Positions 45,601 to 54,538 of a stretch of DNA of 64,000 nt are shown here, piece by piece (the stretch's first letter is position 1; each line of letters begins with the position of its first letter). The stretch is taken from the NCBI GenBank assembly GCA_028282785.1, contig JANQHE010000056.1:23012-87011 (forward strand), read 5' to 3'. Under the pieces are notes generated by a model. It had not been told where the DNA came from. It saw nothing but the letters and a program-made list of their open reading frames with translations, and searched no databases. The position numbers and the translations under genes were made by a program. This DNA comes from Bacteroidales bacterium (GTDB lineage Bacteria; Bacteroidota; Bacteroidia; Bacteroidales; UBA12077).

Positions 45601-48526
45601 ATATATACATAGTTTCAGATTTACTTCCGCACCCGTTGCTAACTGTTAATGTTACTGCATAATCTCCTTCAGTAGTAAATTTATGCGTCGGATTTTTTAA
45701 TGTTGAAGAAGTTCCATCACCAAAGTCCCAGTAATAAGAATTATTGCCGCTAACTTCATAATAACCATCATAGACATAAAACTGAACCTCTTCGAACCTT
45801 CGAATGTTCCAGTTATCTATTGACCAATAAGCTTCCGGAATGTTGGTTGTATCTATTGTAACAGTTGTATAAATTGTATCTGTTCTGCCACAAGCATTGG
45901 TTGCTACAACATACTCGGTGTAAGTTCCTGTGTCTGCATAAACATGATAAGTAATTGGATCTGTTGTTGTTGATCCGTCTTCAAAGTTCCATTCATATGA
46001 TTCTCCACCAATTATTGTAAATTTAATACTATCACCCGGACAACCGGAATGGTCATGCTCCATATCGTAGTTATCATAATCTTTAACAAATTTTCCTCCC
46101 AGAAGTTTGTCATAGCGTTCAGTACATGCATCAGAAGCACTTATAAATTCAAGTGAATCTCCATTTGTAGATAATTGATATGTATAAGTTGTTGTAACCG
46201 GACTACAACTATCTCCTGGAGCTGCATTTAAGTCCATGAGCGTTTCATCTGTTACAGTAATACTACCTTCGGAAACCAGATTTTGATGAGAATCATAAAT
46301 ATCTGCTCCAAATGCTAACCGGTAAGCTAGATTTGAGGGATTATCTTCCCAGATATCCAATGAAACCATATAACCCCCGGTTGATTGATAATACCACCTG
46401 TTTTGTAGTTTCTTGGATTGCGGACAAATGCCATCCCACATGGTCATATCCATAAGCATATTTCCCGAAAGTAACGGAAGTGTTGTCAGGTCTGTGTTAC
46501 CTTCTGGTTCAATCGAGAATGATTGTACCATGTTAAGAGAAGTATCCATTGGTAATGCATATACCTGAACATCAGATTCCAATTCTTCTTTGTTACAATA
46601 CCAAATACTTGCAATTCCAACGGTTTGGTAGAAATTATTAAATGGAACATAAGCTGTAACTGTACCCGGAGCATTAAGTTTAACATAACCGTTAGGAGCA
46701 TCCGGATCTCCATTTGGATCTATTTCGCCATACCAGAAATATACATACAGTGAACTGTCCTGTGAACCATAATAGTCCCAATTAGTTAGGTCTATACCAA
46801 TTGTAAATTGATGCGCATCAGTTACTGGAATGCTCCAATCTTCAAATTCTTCGTCCTCCTTTTGGTCTGTTGAATTTTCAACATAGTAAAATGGAATTCT
46901 AGATGCATCATCGTTTACTATTATCTGTCCTTCTAATGTATCATAGTTGTTACATTCGTTTCTCGCAGTAAATATGAAGTTCCATGTGCCGTTAGAATAC
47001 TGATGATTAGCTAAAACTTCCGGTGATGTTACCGTTGGCTCTGTTATGTTATTCATAAAGGTACCATCACCAAAATCAATATCGTAAATTAATTTTTGAG
47101 GCATTAATCCTTTTTCCCGTAACATTTGTTCGGAATCTCCATCTTGACTTTCATCCCAAAAATATGCAAACTCATTAGGACACATTTCGGCAGGAGCAAA
47201 AGATAAGTTAGTAGTTGGTTGAAGCGTATCAGTGATCAACACATATTTATATGCAGTATCGCTACCTCCACAACTATTACTGGCAATCATCTTAACAATG
47301 TTTGTACCGGTATTGGTAAATAAGTAAATCATATCCTGACTATGGAAGATATCTCCATTAATATCCCAGGTGTATTTTAACTCATCGCCCCATGAATTAT
47401 TGATCATTTTAACTTCAGTGTTTGGGCAAACCTTAATTGTATCGATCCATTCTTCAAATTCGTCAAAATAGATTGAAGCATTTGGAATATTAGTTGGATC
47501 AGTATCTATATCCACAGTCCTATCAAAACTTGCAGAATAACCACATCCATTTGTAATAGTTAAGGTAACCAAATAAGTACCTACGTTCATATATGTGTTT
47601 GTAACTTTTCTTTCGTAAGCTACTGTTCCATCTCCAAGTTCCCAGAAGTATGAACCTGCTCCGGAAGCTTCAAATTCAATTGTTGAGCCAGGGCAAGCAT
47701 ATTCAGGATTAATATTGAACCAGGTATTAACCTCAGGAGTATCTTCAATATGGATTGTTCTTGATGTAGTGTTGGAATTTCCGCAACTATTAGTAGTTGT
47801 AAGGTTGATGGTATAATCTCCAAAACTGTCAAAAGCATAATAAACAACCTTATCATAAAAAAATGTTCCTTCAATTTCCCATACGTATGATGCAGCTTCC
47901 GGAGATTCAAACTTGATCTCGTCATTAGGGCAAAACCATTCCCCATCAGTCCAAATCTCAGCATCAGGAAGTGCAGATGCCGAGACATCAACAGTTTGAG
48001 TTATGGAATCAACTCCACATTCTGTTGAGCCCGTTACTTTTACAGTATAACTACCAGGCGTACCAAATGAGTAATGGGCATGATGATCGTTGATTATTGT
48101 GCCATCCGGGAATTTCCAAACTAACCAGTTTGCACTTGCAGGAATGTAAAAATCAATCATTTCATCCGGGCAAGGATTTTCGGGAAAAGTATAAAACTTA
48201 TCAAATCCGTTGATTTCAATATCTATCCAATAATCTCTCCAAAAAGAACCTCCCTGATCATCTACTTCAAGCCTGATATTGTACCAACCGGACTTAAATG
48301 TTGAATCTGGCATATTATACCCTTCATGTGCTAAAGAATCGTTAATATACCACTTAAATACTACCGGCCCAACTGTATCTCCGGCTTCAAAATAAGAGTT
48401 GTTTGTAAACTGAACGAGCAAAGGAGCACAATTATCCGAATAAGTTACATCAAAATATACATCGCTTTGCGCAGCTATATTAAAATAGCTAAATACTAGG
48501 AAAAGAAATAAGTAGAATTTTTTCAT
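42452..48526 (-). CDS. Giant (2024 aa) PKD-repeat T9SS cargo protein (adhesin-like)
   Basis: Signal peptide, about 17 PKD-type units with the W-x-FGDG-x(6-9)-NP-x-H-x-Y signature, and a C-terminal Por-secretion tail. Confidence 0.9.
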   Translation of the reverse strand: MKKFYLFLFLVFSYFNIAAQSDVYFDVTYSDNCAPLLVQFTNNSYFEAGDTVGPVVFKWYINDSLAHEGYNMPDSTFKSGWYNIRLEVDDQGGSFWRDYWIDIEINGFDKFYTFPENPCPDEMIDFYIPASANWLVWKFPDGTIINDHHAHYSFGTPGSYTVKVTGSTECGVDSITQTVDVSASALPDAEIWTDGEWFCPNDEIKFESPEAASYVWEIEGTFFYDKVVYYAFDSFGDYTINLTTTNSCGNSNTTSRTIHIEDTPEVNTWFNINPEYACPGSTIEFEASGAGSYFWELGDGTVAYERKVTNTYMNVGTYLVTLTITNGCGYSASFDRTVDIDTDPTNIPNASIYFDEFEEWIDTIKVCPNTEVKMINNSWGDELKYTWDINGDIFHSQDMIYLFTNTGTNIVKMIASNSCGGSDTAYKYVLITDTLQPTTNLSFAPAEMCPNEFAYFWDESQDGDSEQMLREKGLMPQKLIYDIDFGDGTFMNNITEPTVTSPEVLANHQYSNGTWNFIFTARNECNNYDTLEGQIIVNDDASRIPFYYVENSTDQKEDEEFEDWSIPVTDAHQFTIGIDLTNWDYYGSQDSSLYVYFWYGEIDPNGDPDAPNGYVKLNAPGTVTAYVPFNNFYQTVGIASIWYCNKEELESDVQVYALPMDTSLNMVQSFSIEPEGNTDLTTLPLLSGNMLMDMTMWDGICPQSKKLQNRWYYQSTGGYMVSLDIWEDNPSNLAYRLAFGADIYDSHQNLVSEGSITVTDETLMDLNAAPGDSCSPVTTTYTYQLSTNGDSLEFISASDACTERYDKLLGGKFVKDYDNYDMEHDHSGCPGDSIKFTIIGGESYEWNFEDGSTTTDPITYHVYADTGTYTEYVVATNACGRTDTIYTTVTIDTTNIPEAYWSIDNWNIRRFEEVQFYVYDGYYEVSGNNSYYWDFGDGTSSTLKNPTHKFTTEGDYAVTLTVSNGCGSKSETMYIYVMKETADCIAKFTYDTTGLEVTFNNNSIGDNLKYIWELGDGTISERKNPVHTYPHAGIFEARLMIQDTVNFCSDEIYVMVKVGTVECYAEFVYTVNNTNNSVVLSDQSFGSFDSWFWEFGDGSFSEEQNPSHAYMYPGVYSVCLSVYDEAGTGCMSQYCKEITVGSVDIIAEFNYVVYHQENEVQFYDDSEGEVTHWYWEFGDGTYDTVPDPAHYYDEPGYYPICLSVYNEMTGAFDYKCKELIVTGDTTATMTGADFSFFVDPGTNTVTFMDESMGATDWYWIFGDGTYDEEQNTSHVYPGPGIYEVCLIVYNSSTGEQSDICKFIQVGTFDCNIKAQFEYYINPQQRSVNFSNISTGTSDSWFWEFGDGTTSTQQNVNHIYQEPGFYLVSLAVRNSANDCIDYYADFIQVGAADCKSNFDFSITDATSNTVSFTENAIGNIEHYFWFFGDGEISELENPTHTFDFPGMYNVSLTVFDESGLCMDYYEKEIQVGTIDCNADFDVYVDSLNRMAYFTNNSLGNATHLFWIFGDGTISEESNPVHQYYAPGYYEVSLTTFNDLNGCMDYDEKVLLIGSPGEDIQADFIYQTDPTTRTVTFYNESYGEDLSFIWDFGDDNKLTDENPVHTYTEGGYQFVCLTAYNTDGIESTICEMIKVSDDANADCLAEFIFTVDSASKTVEFTDKSFGDPDVWEWIFDDGTISTLQNPEHTYSDTGYYLVGLHIYNSTTGCESKNYELVNVGKGNAGIKASFTYFLDTTSSKFGEKGKPTDIWGSGHGGGSKLRWSFGDKTVEEAKVDINTLRPTHVYPGPGIYECCLTIEDQIIGQSDTYCDDVYIPYEILASESICQGESYNFFGNDLTTAGVYVETTTSAIGVDSIVSLTLTVNPKPDQPTITESNNVLTSTSGYAYQWYKDGTAISGATSQTYTATADGNYHVVVINDSGCSSDASNVINVTVSDVETISRADMKVFPNPMQDYTRLNYKLIVTTNVNISVFDASGNIVTTLLNTYKPAGEHEIVWRNPGLSGGIYYIVIQAGNDKLTEKLIIQ
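43375..45585 (-). repeat. Nine consecutive PKD units of about 82 aa (coding tandem repeat)
   Basis: Each unit has the form (C)xAxFxY...V.F.D.S.G....W.W.FGDG..S...NP.H.Y..PG.Y.V.L.V.....C.......I.VG. The units are diverged at the nucleotide level. Confidence 0.8.
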
Positions 48527-48681
48527 AGTAGTTTATTTTAATTTATACTATAATATTTAAAGGATCTAATAACAATTATTTTTGCTTAGATTTTTTGAAT
48601 GATATCTAAATTACAAATTTTTTATCTTATTGTCAATAGATTATATATTAAATAATTACAATATTTAATATTTACGTAAGA

Positions 48682-50925
48682 TTAAATTTTAATACCGCTT
48701 ACTAAAATATCGTCAACTTGATTGTACCCTTTCATCCATTCCTCTAAAGTTTTATTCAGAATTTCCTTTTGCTTTTTCATATCTTTTGCATGAATTTCAA
48801 TTAGAAGGTTTTTGAAGTTTTTTCGTCTGAATTTTGTATTCTCTTTTCCTCCAAACTGATCTACATAACCATCAGAAAAGGTATAAATAATATCACCACT
48901 TTGAAGTTTTATATTATGGTTTGTAAAATTATCAGCGGTTTTTATATGAATTCCTATTGGCATTTTGTCGGCTTTAATTTCAATGATTTCTCCATTTCGA
49001 AGTAAATAAAGTGGATTAAATGCACCTGCATAATCTAAAGTCATTTCTTCTTTATTAATAATACATAATGTCATGTCCATACCATCCTGGCTTTCGCCAA
49101 CACTACCGGTTTGGCGCAAAGATGTTATGATTAAATCACGCATATTATTTAGAACTAAATTTGATTGTAAATCGGCTTCATCTGTAATATTAATAATTTC
49201 ATTAAGAAATGAAATTCCCAACATACTCATAAAAGCACCGGGAACGCCATGCCCTGTACAATCGGCTGTAACAGAGACTATTTTATTTCCTTTTTTACCT
49301 AGCCAATAAAAATCGCCACTAACAATATCTCTGGGTTTAAATAAAATAAATGAATCAGGAATTAGTTTATCTATTAATTCTTGCGGGGGTAATAGAGCAG
49401 TTTGTATTTTGCTTGCATATTTTATGCTATCGGTAATTTCTTGTTTTTGGAGGAGTATTTGATCTCTCTGTAAACTTATTTCTTCATTTTTTTGTTCAAG
49501 AACTTTGTTAGCTTTTTGTTTTTGTCTATATAACCTTAGTATCAATATCATAAAAATAGTTACAACAGCTAATCCCCCAATAAAAAACATAATAGCCAAA
49601 CGTTGTTTTTTTATTGCAGCATCTTGTAAAGCTTTATCTTTATTTAATAGAGCAATTTCCTTATCTTTTTTTTCGGTTTCGTATAAAGTCTGAAATTCTG
49701 CTATTTGTCTGTTTACTTTCTCACTAAATAAACTGTCATTAAGATCTGTTGATAACGTATGATATTCAAATGCCTTTTTGTAATCGTTTAGTTTAGCATA
49801 TGTTTCAGAAATTTTATGGTATAGCTCTGCTAAATCGCTTTTTATTCCAAGTTCGGTGGTAATATCATAACTTTTGAAATAAGCGTATAGAGCTAAATCA
49901 TATTTTCCCCATTCTAAATAAATATCACCTTGGGTTTTTCTTGTTTCTGCAATTTTAGGTTTAGCTCTTATACTAGTGTAATAGCTTATGCTGTTTTGAA
50001 TAAACTCTAAGGCGTTCTCGAAATTCCCAAGTCTTGCATAGATTACGCTAATATGACTTTGAGTAATAGCAATTTCATTTTCTTTTTTTTCTAATGTTTT
50101 AAATATTAATAAGGCTTGGTTAAAATTATTTAATGCGCTTTGGTATTTATTTTGTAATTCATAGATATTACCTAAATTACGTAGCAAATATGCTTCATTC
50201 TCTTTATTACCGGTATTTATGCTAATATCTAAAGCTCTACTGTAATATTCAAGTGCCCTAACATAATTTCCTCTATTATGAAAATAAATATTACCTATAT
50301 TGTTCAAAGTGTTGGCAATATTTAAAGAGTCATTTTCTTCTTCTGCTATTTTTAAAGCTTCCTGGTAGTAATAAATAGCATCTTCGTATTGATCCATATT
50401 TTTATGTATAATACCTAAGCGGTTTAAACACATTGTAATATCTTCCTTATTATTTAATTCATATGCTATATTCAATTGTTCGGTTAAGTAATTTAATGTA
50501 TTTTGAAAATCTCCTAAAAAGTAATAATTCGTTGCAATCGCACTATATATTGAGAACTTTAAATCTAAACTGTCTATTTCAGAAATGTTTTGTAGGGCAG
50601 AATTTAGGTAAAACAGGCTACTATCATATTTTTGTTCATCCAGCATTATTATTCCTAATGTTCTTTGAGCTTTTGATTCCTCAAATTTACTTTTAAGAGA
50701 CCTTGATAGTTTTAATGCTTGCGAAGAATATTTCTTAGAAGAATCAATATCATATTCTGTATTAGAATTTATATATTCATAACCTATATAATTAAGTGTA
50801 ATTAATTTTTCAGTTTTCTCAAGTGAATTAATTATATTTTTAACTGAATCCAATTTTGATTGCGCACAAACCGCAGAAATGAGGTAAAGTTGAGTAAACA
50901 AAAGAAAAATAAATCTTTGCTTCAT
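48682..50925 (-). CDS. TPR-sensor / single-TM / PP2C (SpoIIE-RsbU type) serine phosphatase
   Basis: Signal peptide, about 9 TPR units, a TM helix (LAIMFFIGGLAVVTIFMILIL), a coiled coil, then PP2C motifs (VSGDFYW, ADCTGHGVPGA, DGMDM, FSDGYVDQ). Confidence 0.85.
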   Translation of the reverse strand: MKQRFIFLLFTQLYLISAVCAQSKLDSVKNIINSLEKTEKLITLNYIGYEYINSNTEYDIDSSKKYSSQALKLSRSLKSKFEESKAQRTLGIIMLDEQKYDSSLFYLNSALQNISEIDSLDLKFSIYSAIATNYYFLGDFQNTLNYLTEQLNIAYELNNKEDITMCLNRLGIIHKNMDQYEDAIYYYQEALKIAEEENDSLNIANTLNNIGNIYFHNRGNYVRALEYYSRALDISINTGNKENEAYLLRNLGNIYELQNKYQSALNNFNQALLIFKTLEKKENEIAITQSHISVIYARLGNFENALEFIQNSISYYTSIRAKPKIAETRKTQGDIYLEWGKYDLALYAYFKSYDITTELGIKSDLAELYHKISETYAKLNDYKKAFEYHTLSTDLNDSLFSEKVNRQIAEFQTLYETEKKDKEIALLNKDKALQDAAIKKQRLAIMFFIGGLAVVTIFMILILRLYRQKQKANKVLEQKNEEISLQRDQILLQKQEITDSIKYASKIQTALLPPQELIDKLIPDSFILFKPRDIVSGDFYWLGKKGNKIVSVTADCTGHGVPGAFMSMLGISFLNEIINITDEADLQSNLVLNNMRDLIITSLRQTGSVGESQDGMDMTLCIINKEEMTLDYAGAFNPLYLLRNGEIIEIKADKMPIGIHIKTADNFTNHNIKLQSGDIIYTFSDGYVDQFGGKENTKFRRKNFKNLLIEIHAKDMKKQKEILNKTLEEWMKGYNQVDDILVSGIKI

Positions 50926-51216
50926 TTTAAGGGTTTTAGAGATTACCAGAAACTACATATTTAATCGAAAATTTTGGATAAAAGTTTCATTCGAAAGTTA
51001 GTAAGAAGATTTATTAATTCAAAATGAACGTATTGTTCAAATAAATTACCTGAACAATAAAAAAATGGTATTTCATTTAAAGAGAAAAGCGACATAAAGT
51101 CATGTTGCTGTGATATTTAACTGACAAAATTTCTTAAAGTTGAGATGGTATAAAAATTGAAATGTTGAATGTGAAATTAACAAATAGTTTAACTAAAGTT
51201 ATAGGAGGACCAAATT

Positions 51217-51648
51217 ATGATACCAATGTTAAGAAACCGCAGATTTTTGCCAAGTTTTACCGATGATTTTCTTGGAAAGGATTTTTTATCTGACTTTTTT
51301 GATTCTTCTTTAAACAAAACAGTTCCCGAGGTAAATGTTCTTGAAAATAATGATGCATTTACAATCGAAGTTGCAGCACCGGGATTAGAAAAGAAAGATT
51401 TTAAAATCGATCTGAATAACAGAGTATTAACTATTTCATCTGAAAAAGAGACAAAGCAAATTGATAAAAAAGAAAAATACGTTAGGAGAGAGTTCAGTTA
51501 TAGTTCATTCCAAAGATCATTCGGTTTACCGGATAGTGTAGATCAGGATAAAGTTAAGGCAAATCATGCGGCTGGAATTCTTACAATAGAGATTCCAAAA
51601 CGAGAAGAGGCAAAAGAAAAACCAGCAAGAGAAATTAAAATTTCATAA
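51217..51648 (+). CDS. Hsp20/alpha-crystallin small heat-shock protein
   Basis: Alpha-crystallin domain: PEVNVLENNDAFTIEVAAPGLEKKDFKIDL...F.RSF.LP...GILTIEIPK. Confidence 0.9.
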   Translation: MIPMLRNRRFLPSFTDDFLGKDFLSDFFDSSLNKTVPEVNVLENNDAFTIEVAAPGLEKKDFKIDLNNRVLTISSEKETKQIDKKEKYVRREFSYSSFQRSFGLPDSVDQDKVKANHAAGILTIEIPKREEAKEKPAREIKIS

Positions 51649-51654
51649 TGAAAT

Positions 51655-51680
51655 GAGCGGTTGATACCCGCTCTTTTTTA
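51655..51680 (+). terminator. Rho-independent terminator after hsp20
   Basis: GAGCGG-ttgatac-CCGCTC, followed by TTTTTTA. Confidence 0.7.
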
Positions 51681-51776
51681 TTCTTACCTTATATTTTCCT
51701 AATTCTTTTTGGATTTATTTTTTACATTTGTGTAGGTAGACAAAGACAAATAGCATATTAATCCGAAAAGAAGGTT

Positions 51777-53435
51777 ATGTCAAAACATAAACAAAAACTA
51801 AAAACCAAACAAAAAGTAGAGTCAAAATCTAAAGATTTTTTTGAGAAAACAGATAAATTCTTTGATAAGCAAGGAAATGTATTTTTCTGGATATCATTAT
51901 TTTTTACTATTCTATTTTCGTTTTTACTATTTAATCTCAGGGTAAGTGAGGCTGGTGATGATTCTGCTTATATTTTAAGGGCATTTGAACTGGTTAAAGA
52001 ATTCAAATTTCCTTCGTTTCAGGGACCTTTGTACCCTATGCTAATGAGCATTTTTATATGGTTTTTTGGACTAAATATAACTTTATTAAAATCATTATCA
52101 TTAGTTTCAATTATCTTTCATTTATATTTTTTCTATAAGGCGTTTAAAGGACGCGTTTCAGGATTTTTACTGATCTATGTTATGATTATTATTTCTTTTA
52201 ATGCATATGTCCTTTATTATTCCAGCCAAACTTATTCAGAAGCTTTTTATTTATTCTTACAGGCTTTTTTCTTCTTCTACTTTTTCAAGGAATTTGTATC
52301 AAAGCAAAGAGATTTTGGTTTAAAAGAAGCATGGGGGAGATATCTAATCTTGGGTATGTTACTTTTATTTCTCGGATTAACGCGTAGTATTGGTTATGGT
52401 GCTTTTATAGCCGTAATTTTATTTTTCTTAGTAACATTACGTTGGAAAAGTGCTTTATTCACAACGGGAGTATTTGTTCTGGAATTTGGACTATTTAGTG
52501 CAATTAAGAAATTCATATTTCAATCTAAAGCATCTCAATTTTCATCTCAACTGAATAGATTAATGCAAGTAGATCCCTTTAATGCTTCAAAAGGTAAAGA
52601 AGATTTTGGTGGGTTTATAGAAAGGTTTTTGGAAAATTCAAATCTTTATTTTTCAAAACACATTTATAAATTTCTCGGTTTTCGTCCGGAAATGCTAGAA
52701 CCTAAAACAATTTTAACATTAATTATTTATGCATTGTTTGTTGTTGCAATTTACTTTGCATTTAAGAAAAATAAATATTTACTATTTACAGGAATATATT
52801 TAACTGTTTTAATAGGAATTACTTTTGTTATAGTTCAAACTCGTTGGGACCAGGATCGTTTAATTTTAGTATATCTGCCATTAATTCTACTATTCCTATT
52901 TTCTGGAATTTATTATTTAGGTAAACAAAGATCATATAGGATTATTCAGTTTTTATTACCTGTTCTTTTTATCATTATATTTTTTACTAACCTTAATGTT
53001 TTAACAAAAAAAGTTAAAACAAATGATGAGTATTTGATGCAATCTTTAGCAGGTAATGAATTTTATGGTATGACACCGGATTGGATCAACTATATAAAAA
53101 TGAGCCAGTGGGCTGCAAAAAATATACCTGAAGACGTTTTAATTGCGTGCAGAAAACCAAGCATTTCTTTTATTTACGCTAAAAGGAAGTTTTTTGGAAT
53201 TTACAGAATTAAAACAGAAGATCCTGATGAGTTATTGAATACGTTGAAGGAGAGAAATGTTAAATATGTTATCATGGGAAGTCTTAGGAAATACCCTAAA
53301 CAAAAAACAGAATATACCATAAACACAGTACAAAGGTATTTATATCATATTCAAAAAAAATACCCCCAGAAAATAAAACATGTACAAACTATTGGAACAG
53401 ATGAGCAGGCTTATTTATTTGAAATCATTTACTAA
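51777..53435 (+). CDS. GT-C fold membrane glycosyltransferase (ArnT/PMT/GT39-like)
   Basis: About 12 TM helices; the acidic motif SEAGDDSAY sits in the first extracytoplasmic loop; the soluble C-terminal domain is of about 130 aa. Confidence 0.6.
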   Translation: MSKHKQKLKTKQKVESKSKDFFEKTDKFFDKQGNVFFWISLFFTILFSFLLFNLRVSEAGDDSAYILRAFELVKEFKFPSFQGPLYPMLMSIFIWFFGLNITLLKSLSLVSIIFHLYFFYKAFKGRVSGFLLIYVMIIISFNAYVLYYSSQTYSEAFYLFLQAFFFFYFFKEFVSKQRDFGLKEAWGRYLILGMLLLFLGLTRSIGYGAFIAVILFFLVTLRWKSALFTTGVFVLEFGLFSAIKKFIFQSKASQFSSQLNRLMQVDPFNASKGKEDFGGFIERFLENSNLYFSKHIYKFLGFRPEMLEPKTILTLIIYALFVVAIYFAFKKNKYLLFTGIYLTVLIGITFVIVQTRWDQDRLILVYLPLILLFLFSGIYYLGKQRSYRIIQFLLPVLFIIIFFTNLNVLTKKVKTNDEYLMQSLAGNEFYGMTPDWINYIKMSQWAAKNIPEDVLIACRKPSISFIYAKRKFFGIYRIKTEDPDELLNTLKERNVKYVIMGSLRKYPKQKTEYTINTVQRYLYHIQKKYPQKIKHVQTIGTDEQAYLFEIIY

Positions 53436-53437
53436 AA

Positions 53438-54475
53438 ATGAGTAGGGGGGCCGACTTTAACAAACCAGGATTAAAGTTTCGAAAAGGATTTAATATTTTA
53501 TTTAAAATTCTATTAAGTTTTGATTCGGCTGCGCTGTATATATTGTGGTTAAAGTTTTTACAAGTTTTATTTCTTCCATTTGATCTTATATTCTGGATAA
53601 TAGAGAAGCTTACGATCAAAAAATATGAAAATAAAGATATACCAATCATTTTTGTAGTTGGAATTCAAAGAACTGGTTCTACCTTAGTTTCTCAATTTAT
53701 TGAGAAAACTTTTCCATTTTTTCCAGTTGGAAATTTTAATTCCATATTTAAACGATCGAAGTTTTATATTCATAAGCTTTTATCGAGTTTATATAAAAAA
53801 CCAAATCAATCGTACCAAAATTTTTATGGTATTGCAAAAGGCTTTTATTCGATAGGAGACTGCTACGAATTATGGGATAGGTGGTTCGGGAAAAATCATT
53901 ATATTTTACCAACTGATCTAAGTACTGAATTGCAATATAATTTGATTTCCTATTTTACTTTTTTGTATAGAGCATATGGAAAACCAATTTTGACAAAAAA
54001 TAATCGTAACTCGCTTTTAATTCCTTTTTTTAATCGTGCTTTTAATAATTCCTTTTTTGTAATCGTTAAACGTGATCCGGTTGCTGTGGTAAGATCAACA
54101 ATAAAAGCCAGTAAAGATTTTTTTGGGAGTAGTGATTTGTTATGGGGGCTTTATCCAAATGATGATTTTGAAACAGAAAATTATGAAAACATAATAGAGG
54201 CAGCTACTGTTCAATTTTTAATGCTTGATAAATTATTGGGTGATCAGATCAAGCAAGTAAATGAAGGATCTTATTTAGTTATAGAGTACGATGAGTTTTG
54301 CTCGAACCCTAGAAAATTCCAAGAAGATCTTAGGGATAAGTTAAAGGATAAAAAATATAATTTAGAGAAGATTATTTATAGAGATAAAGCGTTTAAAACT
54401 TCAAAAAGATTACAACATTTAGAAATTAACGATCAAATAAACAATTATATCAATAAATGGAAAGACAAAATCTGA
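53438..54475 (+). CDS. Sulfotransferase family protein (PAPS-dependent type)
   Basis: GIQRTGSTLVSQ (5'-PSB loop-like) and VKRDPVAVVRS (3'-PB-like). It starts 2 nt after the upstream stop. Confidence 0.65.
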   Translation: MSRGADFNKPGLKFRKGFNILFKILLSFDSAALYILWLKFLQVLFLPFDLIFWIIEKLTIKKYENKDIPIIFVVGIQRTGSTLVSQFIEKTFPFFPVGNFNSIFKRSKFYIHKLLSSLYKKPNQSYQNFYGIAKGFYSIGDCYELWDRWFGKNHYILPTDLSTELQYNLISYFTFLYRAYGKPILTKNNRNSLLIPFFNRAFNNSFFVIVKRDPVAVVRSTIKASKDFFGSSDLLWGLYPNDDFETENYENIIEAATVQFLMLDKLLGDQIKQVNEGSYLVIEYDEFCSNPRKFQEDLRDKLKDKKYNLEKIIYRDKAFKTSKRLQHLEINDQINNYINKWKDKI

Positions 54476-54538
54476 TTTCTCCTGTCTTACTTCTATTAAA
54501 ATTAGATATATTTACGCTCGTTTATAAAATCAGGTTTA

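Noticed and set aside
47620-47991. 123-aa same-strand alternative-frame ORF inside the PKD gene; similarly 28012-28236 inside the protease gene
   Set aside because: These are embedded out of frame in long ORFs with clear domain signatures. Their peptides are Leu/Met/Gln-rich and low-complexity. They are shadow ORFs.
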